Below, in pieces: positions 45,512 to 54,769 of a DNA stretch of 64,000 nucleotides (its first letter is position 1; the number at the start of each line of letters is the position of its first letter). The translations under genes were made by a program, and so were the position numbers. The stretch comes from a candidate division WWE3 bacterium RIFCSPHIGHO2_01_FULL_42_13 (GTDB lineage: Bacteria; Patescibacteriota; WWE3; UBA101185; UBA10185). The stretch covers positions 67,159 to 131,158 of the forward strand of contig MEVA01000016.1 of the NCBI GenBank assembly GCA_001772625.1, in the 5' to 3' direction. The notes under the pieces are model-generated. The model was given only the letters and a program-made list of their open reading frames with translations. It had not been told where the DNA came from and ran no database searches.

Positions 45512-46870
45512 CTACTTTGGCAAAAGGGCGGATTTTACGTCTGTGCCGTGGTAAGCATTGGTTCTTTTCCCAACTGCATGATACTTAAAGCCCGCGCCTT
45601 CAACTTCCGCTTGATCCAGTAGGTTACGGCCATCAAAAATCGTTGGGTTTTTTAGAAGCTTTTTCACCTTCTGCAAATCCAATTCCCTAAATTCTTTCCA
45701 TTCGGTCAAAACTAAAAGCGCGTCGGCATCTTTCATGGCGTCATAGGCATCTTTTGCGTAGTGAATTCCAACATCACCAAGATAACTTCTGGCATTTTCA
45801 TTGGCTTCAGGATCGAAAACGCGCAAACTTGCACCTCTACCTCTTAGCAAATGGATTATCTTAATTGCAACTGACTCGCGAATGTCGTCCGTGTTTTCTT
45901 TAAACGCCAAACCTAAAACTGCAAAAGTTTTCCCACCTAAAGCTTCGCCCTTAAATTCCTGATAGATTTTGCTTGTGAAGGAGTGCTTCTGCAGGTCGTT
46001 CACGCGCATGACACCTCGAATGAGTGAGAAGTCGTAAGCAAAGTCTAAAGATGTACGACTCAAAGCTGCCACATCCTTAGGAAAACAGCTCCCACCATAA
46101 CCTATGCCCGCCACTAAAAACCTTGTTCCAATACGCTTATCAAGTCCCATTCCCCTTGCAACTTCCTGAACGTTGGCACCGGCCTTTTCGCACAGCTGGC
46201 CAATTTCGTTAATAAAAGAAATCTTTGTGGCAAGAAACGCATTCGCCGCGTATTTAGTCATTTCAGCCGATCTTAAATCAGTTTCCACAATCGGTGACTC
46301 TAAATGCCCGTACAACTTTCTTATAACTTTTTTCGCGCGTTCGGTTTGAGCTCCAATCACAGTTCTGTCTGTATTTTGCATATCTTCAATTGAATACCCC
46401 TCTCTTAAAAACTCAGGGTTAGAAACAACATCAAACTTCACGCCTTTTGGGGCGACACTTTGAATAACTTCCTTTACCCTTTCATTGGTACGAACAGGAA
46501 CCGTACTTTTTGTAACAACAACTGTGTATCTCCCCTTTTGAAGGTTCTTGCCTATTTCTCCCGCAACACCAAGGACATAGCTTAAATCAGCCTGACCAGA
46601 ATCTCCTTGTGGCGTACCGACGCAAATAAAGACTATATCGGCATCCTTCATCCCCTCTTTAAGCTTGGTGGTAAATTTTAATCTTCCGGCTTTAATATTT
46701 TCCAAAACAAGTTCTTCAAGTCCCGGCTCAAAAATCGGCATTTCGCCTGATTCGATTTTTTTAATTTTCTTTTCATCAATATCAACTCCAACCACTTCAT
46801 TACCCCAATCGGCAAAAACTGCCGCGCCCACCAAACCTACATAACCTGTTCCAATTACACACAACTTCAT
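45512..46870 (-). CDS. ugd: UDP-glucose 6-dehydrogenase family (nucleotide-sugar dehydrogenase)
   Basis: 452 aa. N-terminal GTGYVGL Rossmann, catalytic GGSCFPKD motif, and C-terminal UDP-binding domain. Confidence 0.9.
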   Translation of the reverse strand: MKLCVIGTGYVGLVGAAVFADWGNEVVGVDIDEKKIKKIESGEMPIFEPGLEELVLENIKAGRLKFTTKLKEGMKDADIVFICVGTPQGDSGQADLSYVLGVAGEIGKNLQKGRYTVVVTKSTVPVRTNERVKEVIQSVAPKGVKFDVVSNPEFLREGYSIEDMQNTDRTVIGAQTERAKKVIRKLYGHLESPIVETDLRSAEMTKYAANAFLATKISFINEIGQLCEKAGANVQEVARGMGLDKRIGTRFLVAGIGYGGSCFPKDVAALSRTSLDFAYDFSLIRGVMRVNDLQKHSFTSKIYQEFKGEALGGKTFAVLGLAFKENTDDIRESVAIKIIHLLRGRGASLRVFDPEANENARSYLGDVGIHYAKDAYDAMKDADALLVLTEWKEFRELDLQKVKKLLKNPTIFDGRNLLDQAEVEGAGFKYHAVGKRTNAYHGTDVKSALLPK

Positions 46871-46881
46871 AAAACACCTTT

Positions 46882-47673
46882 CTAAAATAAATTACTTTGT
46901 TTTCTTGAGTACTTACCTTGAATATCGTTAAACTTTATTTTTAATAAATCCATAAAATTGGCGAGAGAATCTCTAACTGCATGTACTCTTTTCGTTTGAA
47001 CATATGTCCAATGAATTGGCACTTCCTTAATAGTGTAACCCCGTCTTCTGGCTACCAGCAAAACCTCCACATCAAACGCCGTAACCCTTGGAACCCTAGT
47101 CTCCGGAGTATCGGGACCAAAAAGAATCAAGTTTTCAAAAATATCGCGAGCAACTTCTCCTTTGAAAACCTTAAACCCACACTGTGTATCCCTTATGCCC
47201 GGAACCGCCAGGGCCTGCACCATCAAATTAAATGTGCGTCCCATTATATGCCTTAGGTAAGGCTCGTTGCTGCGAACCGCCCCCACACCTTCACGAGATC
47301 CCACTACCACGTCAAAATCGTGATCTTTTACCCAAACCATAAGCCGTTTCAATTCTTCGATGGGAGTGGCCGTATCGGCATCGGACATCAAAACATATTT
47401 TCCCAAAGCCATAAGCATTCCAGTTCTTACCGCAAAACCTTTTCCCTTGTGAGGATTTTTCTTTAAGATTATTTCCGGCTGATCCTGCGCAAATTTTTCT
47501 ACCACCTCTGAAGTTCCATCGGCGCTCCCATCATCTACAACAATTACTTCAAACGATATTGCAAACGTTTTCATAAAACCTATCACTTGAGTTAATGTAC
47601 TTGTAATTCCGGCCTCTTCGTTATAGGCGGGTATCACAACTGAATATTCAATCATATGTTTTTCTTTCGCCAA
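46882..47673 (-). CDS. GT2 polyprenyl-phosphate glycosyltransferase (DPM1/ALG5/GtrB-like lipid-linked sugar synthase)
   Basis: 263 aa. YSVVIPAYNEE...FEVIVVDDGSADGT...DAD is typical of Dol-P/Und-P sugar synthases. Confidence 0.7.
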   Translation of the reverse strand: MAKEKHMIEYSVVIPAYNEEAGITSTLTQVIGFMKTFAISFEVIVVDDGSADGTSEVVEKFAQDQPEIILKKNPHKGKGFAVRTGMLMALGKYVLMSDADTATPIEELKRLMVWVKDHDFDVVVGSREGVGAVRSNEPYLRHIMGRTFNLMVQALAVPGIRDTQCGFKVFKGEVARDIFENLILFGPDTPETRVPRVTAFDVEVLLVARRRGYTIKEVPIHWTYVQTKRVHAVRDSLANFMDLLKIKFNDIQGKYSRKQSNLF

Positions 47674-48773
47674 ACTACTTTACTATAAAATATAAAGTTC
47701 CAGAGTGTTCCTATCACGACACCAATGAAAAGAGCTGCATTTGCTACAAGGGCAGTATCGGAAAACATTCTAACAGCCACGCCAATCAACCAACTCCTAA
47801 AGACAATAGGAATGTAAGAAATCAGAACATAGAGAGGAAAGGCCTTAAATTTTTCATTAACCGATTTTAATTTTTTGTCCTTAAACGACCAAGTATTGTT
47901 TAAAACAAAAGTAGTGATCATGGCAATGAAACCTGAAGCAGCGCTGGAATAATCCGAAGGTAAAATACTAATACGGAGTAAATTAAATATCAAACCATCA
48001 ACACCGAGGCCTATAAACCCTACCGTTATAAATTTAAGAAACCGCTGGCTCTCCCTTACGCGAATGAGCAAAACCACTCGCAAAGACTCCATAAAATTGT
48101 TTTGCTCCATTTTGGACTTTCCACCGTCGCGCAAACCAAACTTAACTGGAATTTCTTTCATCTTTGCCCCAAGCTTGTGAATTTTATAAAGTAGGTCAAA
48201 TTTATATGCAAACCCATTGGACATTAGAGTGCCCAAATCTATTCTGTCCAAAACGCCTTTAACTCTCGTTGCCCTGTAACCGTTGGAGAACTCTGTTTGG
48301 GAAAAAAGTCCCAAAACTATACGAGTAAATATATTCCCGCCCCAACTCAAGAATTTTCTGTAAAATGCCCACTCCCTTGGAATTCCATCCTTATCTAAGT
48401 ATCTGGAACCGATTACAAAGTCGTAACCAGCTTCAATTTCCTTAACAAACCTTGAGATGTCTTTTGGATCGTGTTGCAAGTCCGCGTCCATTTCCATAAC
48501 AACGTCTGCGCCCATCACATTTATTGCATGTTTAAACCCGTCAACGTACGCCGCCCCAAGTCCCGTTTTTTTAGTTCGCGTCAAAATGTTTACGAAAGGG
48601 TAGTTGGCTTTCAACTTTTCCAGAATGTCGCCCGTCCCATCAGGCGAACTATCGTCAACAAACAAAGCCCGCATTTCATGCGGAATATTTTTAAACTCTT
48701 CTGCCAGCAGAGGCACAAGCCTGTTGACATTTTCTGCCTCGTTGTAAGTAGGTATTATAACTATGATTTTCAT
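47652..48773 (-). CDS. GT2 polyprenyl-phosphate mannosyl/glycosyl-transferase fused to a C-terminal GtrA-like membrane domain
   Basis: 373 aa. IVIIPTYNEAENV...LFVDDSSPDGT...DADLQHDP (Ppm1/DPM1-like). The C-terminal about 130 aa have 4 TM segments with FITVGFIGLGVDG and NNTWSFKD (GtrA signature). Confidence 0.8.
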   Translation of the reverse strand: MKIIVIIPTYNEAENVNRLVPLLAEEFKNIPHEMRALFVDDSSPDGTGDILEKLKANYPFVNILTRTKKTGLGAAYVDGFKHAINVMGADVVMEMDADLQHDPKDISRFVKEIEAGYDFVIGSRYLDKDGIPREWAFYRKFLSWGGNIFTRIVLGLFSQTEFSNGYRATRVKGVLDRIDLGTLMSNGFAYKFDLLYKIHKLGAKMKEIPVKFGLRDGGKSKMEQNNFMESLRVVLLIRVRESQRFLKFITVGFIGLGVDGLIFNLLRISILPSDYSSAASGFIAMITTFVLNNTWSFKDKKLKSVNEKFKAFPLYVLISYIPIVFRSWLIGVAVRMFSDTALVANAALFIGVVIGTLWNFIFYSKVVWRKKNI

Positions 48774-49021
48774 AATGTTATGGAAGTTAAGAGTAGCAGG
48801 AAGATTAAACTGCCAACCAGAATATACTCCAAGGCAATCAATCTGGACAGGCGCCCCCTAACAGCATGGTGAATTATGCCCCAGCCAATATAGTAGATGC
48901 AACCCATTCCTGCAACTACAGCTTGAGCCGTGGAGTTAAATCTAAAATACACAAAAAAGAAGGCTGAAACCAAAATCCCAAAAAGAAGAATTGCAAAATG
49001 TAATAAGTACTTGTCTTTCAT
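48770..49021 (-). CDS. Small membrane protein (about 84 aa from MKDKY start; track gives 93 aa from 49051), hypothetical
   Basis: Two or three TM segments. The internal Met at 49021 avoids a 34-nt overlap with the upstream CAP-domain gene. Confidence 0.35.
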   Translation of the reverse strand: MKDKYLLHFAILLFGILVSAFFFVYFRFNSTAQAVVAGMGCIYYIGWGIIHHAVRGRLSRLIALEYILVGSLIFLLLLTSITL

Positions 49022-49920
49022 AAGATTTTGCCCGGCGATAAAACAAACCACACACCAACCAAAGCGATTACCAGCAAGAGTACATGCGAAAAAGCGTGCC
49101 CGGTAATTTTTGGTATGGCTTTTCTTTCCGAATACCAGATATCCAGTACCAGTAGCAGCAAAAGGAATCCGCCAATTAACATAGAAATAGTTTTCGAAGC
49201 CAAAGCCACATCAACCGCGGGAAGTATTTGTGGTGCAGGCTCAACAACTACATTTTGTTCCGGTGCCTCAACCGCATTTTCTTCCTCAAGCTCCAGAACC
49301 GTGGCAAGTTGTGTTGGCAGTCTGGACTTACCAAACATTTGAACAACCAAAGTAGTTTCGTACCCATCAAGTACTCCGTTAACCACCGCAAAACCTATTT
49401 CGTCATAATGATCATTCAGAAGATTTTCCCGATGTGATGGGGATTCAAACCACGCATCTACAACCTGATTTGAATTATTGAAGTTTTTAGCCAGATTTTC
49501 GCCCGCGTAACTGTAATCGTAACCCTCAGCCAAAATAAAATCCCATGGGGTTGTTCCATCGGGAGCAACGTGAGCCCAATAATCATTAGCAAACATGTGT
49601 TCGGCCTTCTTTTCCGCAGCTAACGAAAGCTCATTATTAACATGCAAGAGCGGTAGGTTGTGCTCCTGCCTGACTCTATTTGTGTCGTCCAGTAAATCAC
49701 TAAAAGTTATATTTGAGGTATAACCAAGCACTCCTGGCGCGATTAGTGGAATAGTACGAAAAAGCCCGATTACAAGCACCATCGCAAGCGAATAGCTAAG
49801 TAAAGCGGCATGCGAAAGTAACTTTGCCCGTTTTTTAGTTTCCGGATGGGGTAGAAAATGGTGCAAAAACTGATACTTTTGTATCGCGTGTGTGTCTGTG
49901 TGCGGGTTGTAACTAAGCAT
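49018..49920 (-). CDS. CAP/SCP/PR-1 domain protein with N-terminal and C-terminal TM anchors
   Basis: 300 aa. Central HNLPLLHVNNELSLAAEKKAEHMFANDYWAHVAPDG...YAGENLAKNF matches the CAP-domain HNxxR/GHYTQ-like core. Hydrophobic segments at both ends. Confidence 0.6.
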   Translation of the reverse strand: MLSYNPHTDTHAIQKYQFLHHFLPHPETKKRAKLLSHAALLSYSLAMVLVIGLFRTIPLIAPGVLGYTSNITFSDLLDDTNRVRQEHNLPLLHVNNELSLAAEKKAEHMFANDYWAHVAPDGTTPWDFILAEGYDYSYAGENLAKNFNNSNQVVDAWFESPSHRENLLNDHYDEIGFAVVNGVLDGYETTLVVQMFGKSRLPTQLATVLELEEENAVEAPEQNVVVEPAPQILPAVDVALASKTISMLIGGFLLLLLVLDIWYSERKAIPKITGHAFSHVLLLVIALVGVWFVLSPGKIL

Positions 49921-49939
49921 TACAGATAATTATACATAC

Positions 49940-49983
49940 AAAACTCCCCGGGCGTCCCCGGGGAGTTTTAGGGTCATGACCCT
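49940..49983 (-). terminator. Terminator downstream of hup: perfect 13-bp stem (AAAACTCCCCGGG/CCCGGGGAGTTTT), 4-nt loop, adjacent 14-nt palindrome AGGGTCATGACCCT
   Basis: Stem 49940..49952 and 49957..49969, then the second palindrome at 49970..49983. It lies between the hup stop (50001) and the start of the next minus-strand gene (49920). Confidence 0.5.
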
Positions 49984-50000
49984 ACGAAAAACACTTTACG

Positions 50001-50276
50001 TTATTGTCTAACGGCGTCTTTCAGGCTTTTTCCAGCTCTGAAAGCAGGTGTTTTACCAGCAGGAATGTGCAAAGGAGCACCTGTCTGAGGGTTTCTTCCC
50101 ATTCTTGCGGCTCTTGTTCTTACCTCATATGTACCGAAACCGGTCCAGGTTACCTTTTCTCCTCTTGCTAGAGCTGCTGTAATAGCATCTCCAACTCCAT
50201 CAACAGCTCTTTGAGCGTCGGCCTTTGTAAGACCAACTTTGTCAGAAAGCATATTTACTAAGTCTTGTTTTGTCAT
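50001..50276 (-). CDS. hup: HU family DNA-binding protein
   Basis: 91 aa. MTKQDLV...GFGTYEVRTRAARMGRNPQTG...IPAGKTPAFRAGK is the canonical HU/IHF fold. Confidence 0.9.
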   Translation of the reverse strand: MTKQDLVNMLSDKVGLTKADAQRAVDGVGDAITAALARGEKVTWTGFGTYEVRTRAARMGRNPQTGAPLHIPAGKTPAFRAGKSLKDAVRQ

Positions 50277-50326
50277 CTGCTATACACCCCCTTTCGAATA
50301 CTGCCTGGCGGCAAATATTTTCCAAA

Positions 50327-51112
50327 CTAAATAACCTCTTTATCAAATCTTCGTATTTCTTTTTTTGTTGTATCAACTATGATACTCCTAAAGGCTCGTC
50401 TACCGTTTAGCTCCCACTCAAACTTTTCTTTTTGAGAGTAAACCACACGGTCTATGATAATTTCCTTTTTAACACCTAAAACCGAGTCTATGTTTCCGCA
50501 CATCCCTACATCTGTTACATACATTGTTCCTTTTGGTAAAACCCTGTTGTCGCAGGTTGGAACGTGGCTGTGGGTACCAAGAACCGCATCAACTCTTCCA
50601 TCAAGAAAAAACCCCATCGCATGCTTGTCGCTTGTATAGTCTGCGTGAAAGTCCACAACCGAGACTGCTACATCCTGATCAGCGGTCTTTTCCAGTATTT
50701 CTTCCACTTTTAAGTAGGGGTTGGTTAAATTCAATTCAGAATATTTATGACTGTTTATGCTCATAACGTTTATTATTAAAACTTTTCCGACTTTTGTTTC
50801 CAAAACCCTGTAACCGTCCCCTGGCAGGTCATCCTTTATATTCGCGGGCCTTATTACAGGAAGGTTTCCTATTTCTTTATCAAAACCCTTGTGCCAAAAC
50901 AGGTGGTCGCCGCCGGTAAAAAACTCTATTCCAAGCTCCTGCATCTCTTCTATCGTCCCGGCCGTTGCACCTCTTCCATGAGCTAAGTTTTCCGCGTTAG
51001 ACAAAACCAGATCCGGTTTCTCATTTTCTAAAACCTCAGGCAAAACTTCCTTCACTACACTCCTTCCGGGCCTAGCAACAATTTCCCCAATGAACAATAT
51101 CTTCATGGACAA
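50327..51112 (-). CDS. ymdB: YmdB-like 2',3'-cyclic-nucleotide phosphodiesterase (TIGR00282 metallophosphoesterase)
   Basis: 261 aa. MKILFIGEIVARPGR, GGDHLF and GTHSHVPT metallophosphatase motifs. It is immediately downstream of rny, as in Bacillus. Confidence 0.75.
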   Translation of the reverse strand: MSMKILFIGEIVARPGRSVVKEVLPEVLENEKPDLVLSNAENLAHGRGATAGTIEEMQELGIEFFTGGDHLFWHKGFDKEIGNLPVIRPANIKDDLPGDGYRVLETKVGKVLIINVMSINSHKYSELNLTNPYLKVEEILEKTADQDVAVSVVDFHADYTSDKHAMGFFLDGRVDAVLGTHSHVPTCDNRVLPKGTMYVTDVGMCGNIDSVLGVKKEIIIDRVVYSQKEKFEWELNGRRAFRSIIVDTTKKEIRRFDKEVI

Positions 51113-51241
51113 ATCCGGAATCTAACTATTAAAGCTGGCAACAGAAGTATAAATATGGCTACTAGTAGGTAATACATAACGAAACCTCAGCGTATTCATT
51201 GTTACCACGCCAAAAATAAAAATGCAACTCTTTTCTGCCCG

Positions 51242-52807
51242 TCATTTGGCGGTTTCTGTAACGCGTGTTTCGCGAATAACCGTAACTTTCACTATTCCCG
51301 GATAGTTTTGCTCAAGCTCAATCTTTCGGGCTATTTCGCGTGCCAGAAGCGCCGTTGAGGCATCGTCGACCCTTTCGGGCTTTACAAACACCCTAACTTC
51401 CCTACCCGCCTCAAGGGCATAAACTTTCTCTACACCGTCAAAGGAATAGGCCGCTTCCTCAAGATCCTTTAGCCTTTTTACATAGGCTTCGTAGTCTTCT
51501 GAACGCGCGCTAGGCCTTGCCCCGCTTATATGATCCGCAATATGAACAACACCCGATTCAATGCTGCTAAAAGGCTTGTCCTCGTGGTGTTCCGCGACAC
51601 AATCTATAACTTCTTTTCTAATTTTATGTTTAGTAAGAAAATCAACTCCTAAAGCCACGTGGGTTCCTTCGCCCTCTAAAACTTTACCGATATCATGAAA
51701 CAGGCAACCAAGCTTAACAATTTCAACATCGGCTCCAATTTCACTGGCAATAGACATGCCGATTTTTGTAACCTCAAGCGTGTGTTCAATCATGTTCTGA
51801 CCGTAGGAAAATCTGTACTTGAACTTTCCGAGTGTTTTTACAACATCCTCCGGTAAGTTATAAACACCAAGTCTGTGGCAAAGGTTGTCACCCTCTTTGT
51901 AAATTATCTTGTCCACCTCGCTTTGAGTTTTGGCGATGATTTCTTCAATCTTTGCCGGCTGGATTCTACCGTCGGCTATTAATCTCTCCATCGAAATTTT
52001 AGCTATTTCACGCCTAATAGGATCAAATGAGGAAATAAGAATTTCACCGGGTGTTGCATCCAACTCAAGCTCAACTCCTGTTAGCTCTTCGAATTTTCTT
52101 ATGTTACGGCCTTCCTTACCAATGATTCGGCCCTTCATATCATCATCGGCAAGTTTAACTTTTGACGAAGAGTGCTCCACAACATAGTCTGTAGCACCTT
52201 GTCTCATCGCGGTAACTATTATTTCCTTAGCTTTTTCATCAACATCCTTTTTTACCTCTTCTTCCATTTCGCGAATCTTTTTGCCTTTTTCTTGCTGCAA
52301 CTCTCTCTCAAAGCTTTCCAAAAGTTGGTTTCTTGCGTCCTGTTTAGACAAGCCCGCAATTTTCTCAAGCTTACTTTGCTGTTCGCTAATTAAAGTATCC
52401 AGCTCACTTTTTCTTTTTTCCAGTTGCTCTTTGCCCAACGCAAGTGAGCTTTGCTCAGCGTTAACTTGCTTCTCTTTTACTTCCAGCTCGGCTTTTTTGG
52501 ATGAAAACGTCTTTTCGGTTTCTAGGGCTTCTCTTTTTATTTCATCAACTTCTTTTTGAGCTTCCTGCTTTGCCTTAAGAGCTTCGTTTTTAGCCTCCAA
52601 AATTATTTCGTTAGCTTTAGCTTTAGCTTCCACAACAACTGCTTCACGCGAAATGTCTGCATTTACTACAGCAGTAGGTTCTAAACCCCTGTCCGCCTGC
52701 GGGGCAGTTTCCGGAGAACCTTTTCTTTTACTAACAAAATAAAACGCTCCAAATGAACCAACTGACGCCACCAAAGCAATTAACAAAGTCGAGATTATAT
52801 CTGACAT
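51242..52807 (-). CDS. rny: Ribonuclease Y
   Basis: 521 aa. N-terminal TM, long coiled coil, KH domain (GRIIGKEGRNIRKFEELTGVEL) and HD domain (LFHDIGKV). AGGAGG SD upstream. Confidence 0.9.
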   Translation of the reverse strand: MSDIISTLLIALVASVGSFGAFYFVSKRKGSPETAPQADRGLEPTAVVNADISREAVVVEAKAKANEIILEAKNEALKAKQEAQKEVDEIKREALETEKTFSSKKAELEVKEKQVNAEQSSLALGKEQLEKRKSELDTLISEQQSKLEKIAGLSKQDARNQLLESFERELQQEKGKKIREMEEEVKKDVDEKAKEIIVTAMRQGATDYVVEHSSSKVKLADDDMKGRIIGKEGRNIRKFEELTGVELELDATPGEILISSFDPIRREIAKISMERLIADGRIQPAKIEEIIAKTQSEVDKIIYKEGDNLCHRLGVYNLPEDVVKTLGKFKYRFSYGQNMIEHTLEVTKIGMSIASEIGADVEIVKLGCLFHDIGKVLEGEGTHVALGVDFLTKHKIRKEVIDCVAEHHEDKPFSSIESGVVHIADHISGARPSARSEDYEAYVKRLKDLEEAAYSFDGVEKVYALEAGREVRVFVKPERVDDASTALLAREIARKIELEQNYPGIVKVTVIRETRVTETAK

Positions 52808-52966
52808 TTAAATTCCTCCTAACCAAAATTAATAATGTTTACTTGTACGCCGAATTTGCCAACTAGTGGCTTATGATGATTATGAAGCTAAAGTCTTTGT
52901 GGTTTCTAAAGTAGCTAGTTTCATAGTTTTTCTCGTCATAACGGGCAATTCGACTCACTCATTGTA

Positions 52967-53617
52967 TTAAACTTCGAAATTGCTGTCAACTACCGTTCTA
53001 GCAATTCCATAGGAGTAGCCTTTTCTCAAAAGAAACTGTAGGGACTTCTGCTTTTCCTTCAAATCGCGTACTTTAGCACCTCTTAACCTTTTTTCTAAAG
53101 CGCTTTTTGCGCCCTCTAGCTCAGTTTCTTGAGGGTAATTGCTTAAATATTTATCTATAACGGAAGCCTCCACACCTTTTCGAAACAAAAATTCTTTTAT
53201 TTTCCTCGGGCCCGGGGGAGTTTTAGAACCCGACGCAGAGCTTATGTAGTTTTTCACGAACTCTTCATCATTAATAAGACCTGCCTCCTCAAGCCTTTGC
53301 AAAATTTTTGCTTCTATGTCTTGCAAAAACTTCTCTTCGATCTCAGCTTTATATAAATACTCGCGCAATCTTTTCACCACTTCATCTTTGCTTCGAATGC
53401 GATATGAAAGAAAGTCTAAAATCTTTATATAAAATTTGTTGTAATTTTCTTCCTCAACAATTTCCTGAATCCTTTCGTCACTTAGCTCAAGGCCATCTTT
53501 TAATCCAAAGCTTAGCAAAACCTCTTCTGAAACAGGAAAGGTGTACTTCCCGTCTAGAAAAATGTTGTATCTATCGGGTCTTCTTTTTTGAGGAGAAATT
53601 TTTGTTACAAAGGACAT
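52967..53617 (-). CDS. recX: Recombination regulator RecX
   Basis: 216 aa, helical-repeat RecX-like sequence. It sits directly downstream of recA with a 4-nt gap. Confidence 0.75.
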   Translation of the reverse strand: MSFVTKISPQKRRPDRYNIFLDGKYTFPVSEEVLLSFGLKDGLELSDERIQEIVEEENYNKFYIKILDFLSYRIRSKDEVVKRLREYLYKAEIEEKFLQDIEAKILQRLEEAGLINDEEFVKNYISSASGSKTPPGPRKIKEFLFRKGVEASVIDKYLSNYPQETELEGAKSALEKRLRGAKVRDLKEKQKSLQFLLRKGYSYGIARTVVDSNFEV

Positions 53618-53621
53618 CTAA

Positions 53622-54743
53622 CTATATTTTACTCGTTCCAGCGGCACTACCACTACCCACTTGTAAAGGCAGGTTTTGTTTTTCTTTAACAAGCTTTCTA
53701 ATTTTTTGCTCGATCTCATCCCGCAGTTTTTTATTTGCTTTCAAATTGGTTCTGGTAGCCTCTTTTCCCTGACCCAGCTTTTCCCCTTCATATTCATACC
53801 AAGCGCCGCTTTTTTTAATTAGACCAAGATCAACACCCACATCAATTAAACTTCCCTCTTTGCTTATACCTTCGTTAAACAAAATATCAAACTCGGCGAT
53901 CCTAAAAGGCGCTGCTACCTTGTTTTTTACAACCTTAACCCTAACTCTAATCCCATGAAAATCTGTTGCTGTACCCTCCTTCAACGATTCTATTCTTCTA
54001 ATCTCCATTCGGACCGACGCATAAAACTTTAAAGCTCTGCCACCAGGGGTTGTTTCCGGGTTTCCAAACATAACACCAATTTTCATTCTAAGCTGGTTTG
54101 TAAATATTACCGCGCACTTTGATCTATTTACCGCCCCGGCAATTCTCCTTAAAGCCTGGCTCATAAGACGCGCCTGCAAAGCTATGTGACTATCACCAAT
54201 ATCTCCTTCTATTTCAGCTCTTGGAACTAAAGCCGCAACAGAATCTATGGCGATAACATCTACAGCATTCGAACGGATGAGTGTTTCGGCAATCTCCAAG
54301 GCTTGCTCCCCGGTATCGGGCTGGGAAACCAAAAGGTTTTCAATATCAACACCGGTTTTTGCTGCATAAACAGGATCGAAAGCATGCTCGGCGTCAATCA
54401 AAGCAGCCGTTCCACCTCCCCTTTGCGCTTCCGCAATAATATGCTGAACCAAAGTCGTTTTACCAGCGGACTCCGGTCCATATAGTTCTACGATCCTTCC
54501 TCTTGGAACTCCACCAATTCCCAAAGCAATATCAAGCGCGATTGAACCAGTTGGGATAACACCGGCAACGTTAGCGGTGGTGCCCGTTCCAAGTTTCATT
54601 ATTGAACCCTCCCCGAAATTTTTTTGAATTTGGTCTAAAGCTGATTTGAGAGCAATTTCTTTGTTTTTATTTACTGGGGCTGATGTGTGTTTTTCCTTTT
54701 TAGGCTTAGGTGACTTTGGCATTAGATTTCTTTCTAATAGCAT
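53622..54743 (-). CDS. recA: Recombinase RecA
   Basis: 373 aa. [29 protein letters not shown] Walker A, and L1/L2 loops. The N-terminus is about 20-29 aa longer than E. coli RecA, and an alternative start exists at M8 (54722). Confidence 0.95.
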   Translation of the reverse strand: MLLERNLMPKSPKPKKEKHTSAPVNKNKEIALKSALDQIQKNFGEGSIMKLGTGTTANVAGVIPTGSIALDIALGIGGVPRGRIVELYGPESAGKTTLVQHIIAEAQRGGGTAALIDAEHAFDPVYAAKTGVDIENLLVSQPDTGEQALEIAETLIRSNAVDVIAIDSVAALVPRAEIEGDIGDSHIALQARLMSQALRRIAGAVNRSKCAVIFTNQLRMKIGVMFGNPETTPGGRALKFYASVRMEIRRIESLKEGTATDFHGIRVRVKVVKNKVAAPFRIAEFDILFNEGISKEGSLIDVGVDLGLIKKSGAWYEYEGEKLGQGKEATRTNLKANKKLRDEIEQKIRKLVKEKQNLPLQVGSGSAAGTSKI

Positions 54744-54769
54744 TCTAACAAGCCCATATATTTATTCAA
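54742..54769 (-). promoter_or_regulatory. Sigma70-like promoter candidate on the minus strand: -35 TTGAAT, 16-nt spacer, extended -10 TGTTAGAAT
   Basis: The reverse complement of 54742..54775 is ATAGAGTTGAATAAATATATGGGCTTGTTAGAAT. The -10 overlaps the first annotated recA ATG, which conflicts with the M1 start. Confidence 0.3.

Noticed and set aside
45176-45622. 148-aa plus-strand ORF spanning the GT4/ugd junction
   Set aside because: It is antisense to two well-supported minus-strand genes and has no RBS.
48471-48872. 133-aa plus-strand ORF
   Set aside because: It is antisense to the GT2-GtrA gene, and its translation is Arg/His-rich with no motifs.
52808-52966. Possible rny promoter (TTGCCC-17-TATGAA or TTGGCA-17-AACATT on the minus strand) in the 159-bp recX-rny spacer
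   Set aside because: Both candidates match consensus at only 3-4 of 6 positions, and it is too ambiguous to call a feature. The spacer probably does contain the rny promoter, but I cannot place it.
53308-53772. 154-aa plus-strand ORF overlapping recX and recA
   Set aside because: It is antisense to two conserved genes and is spurious.
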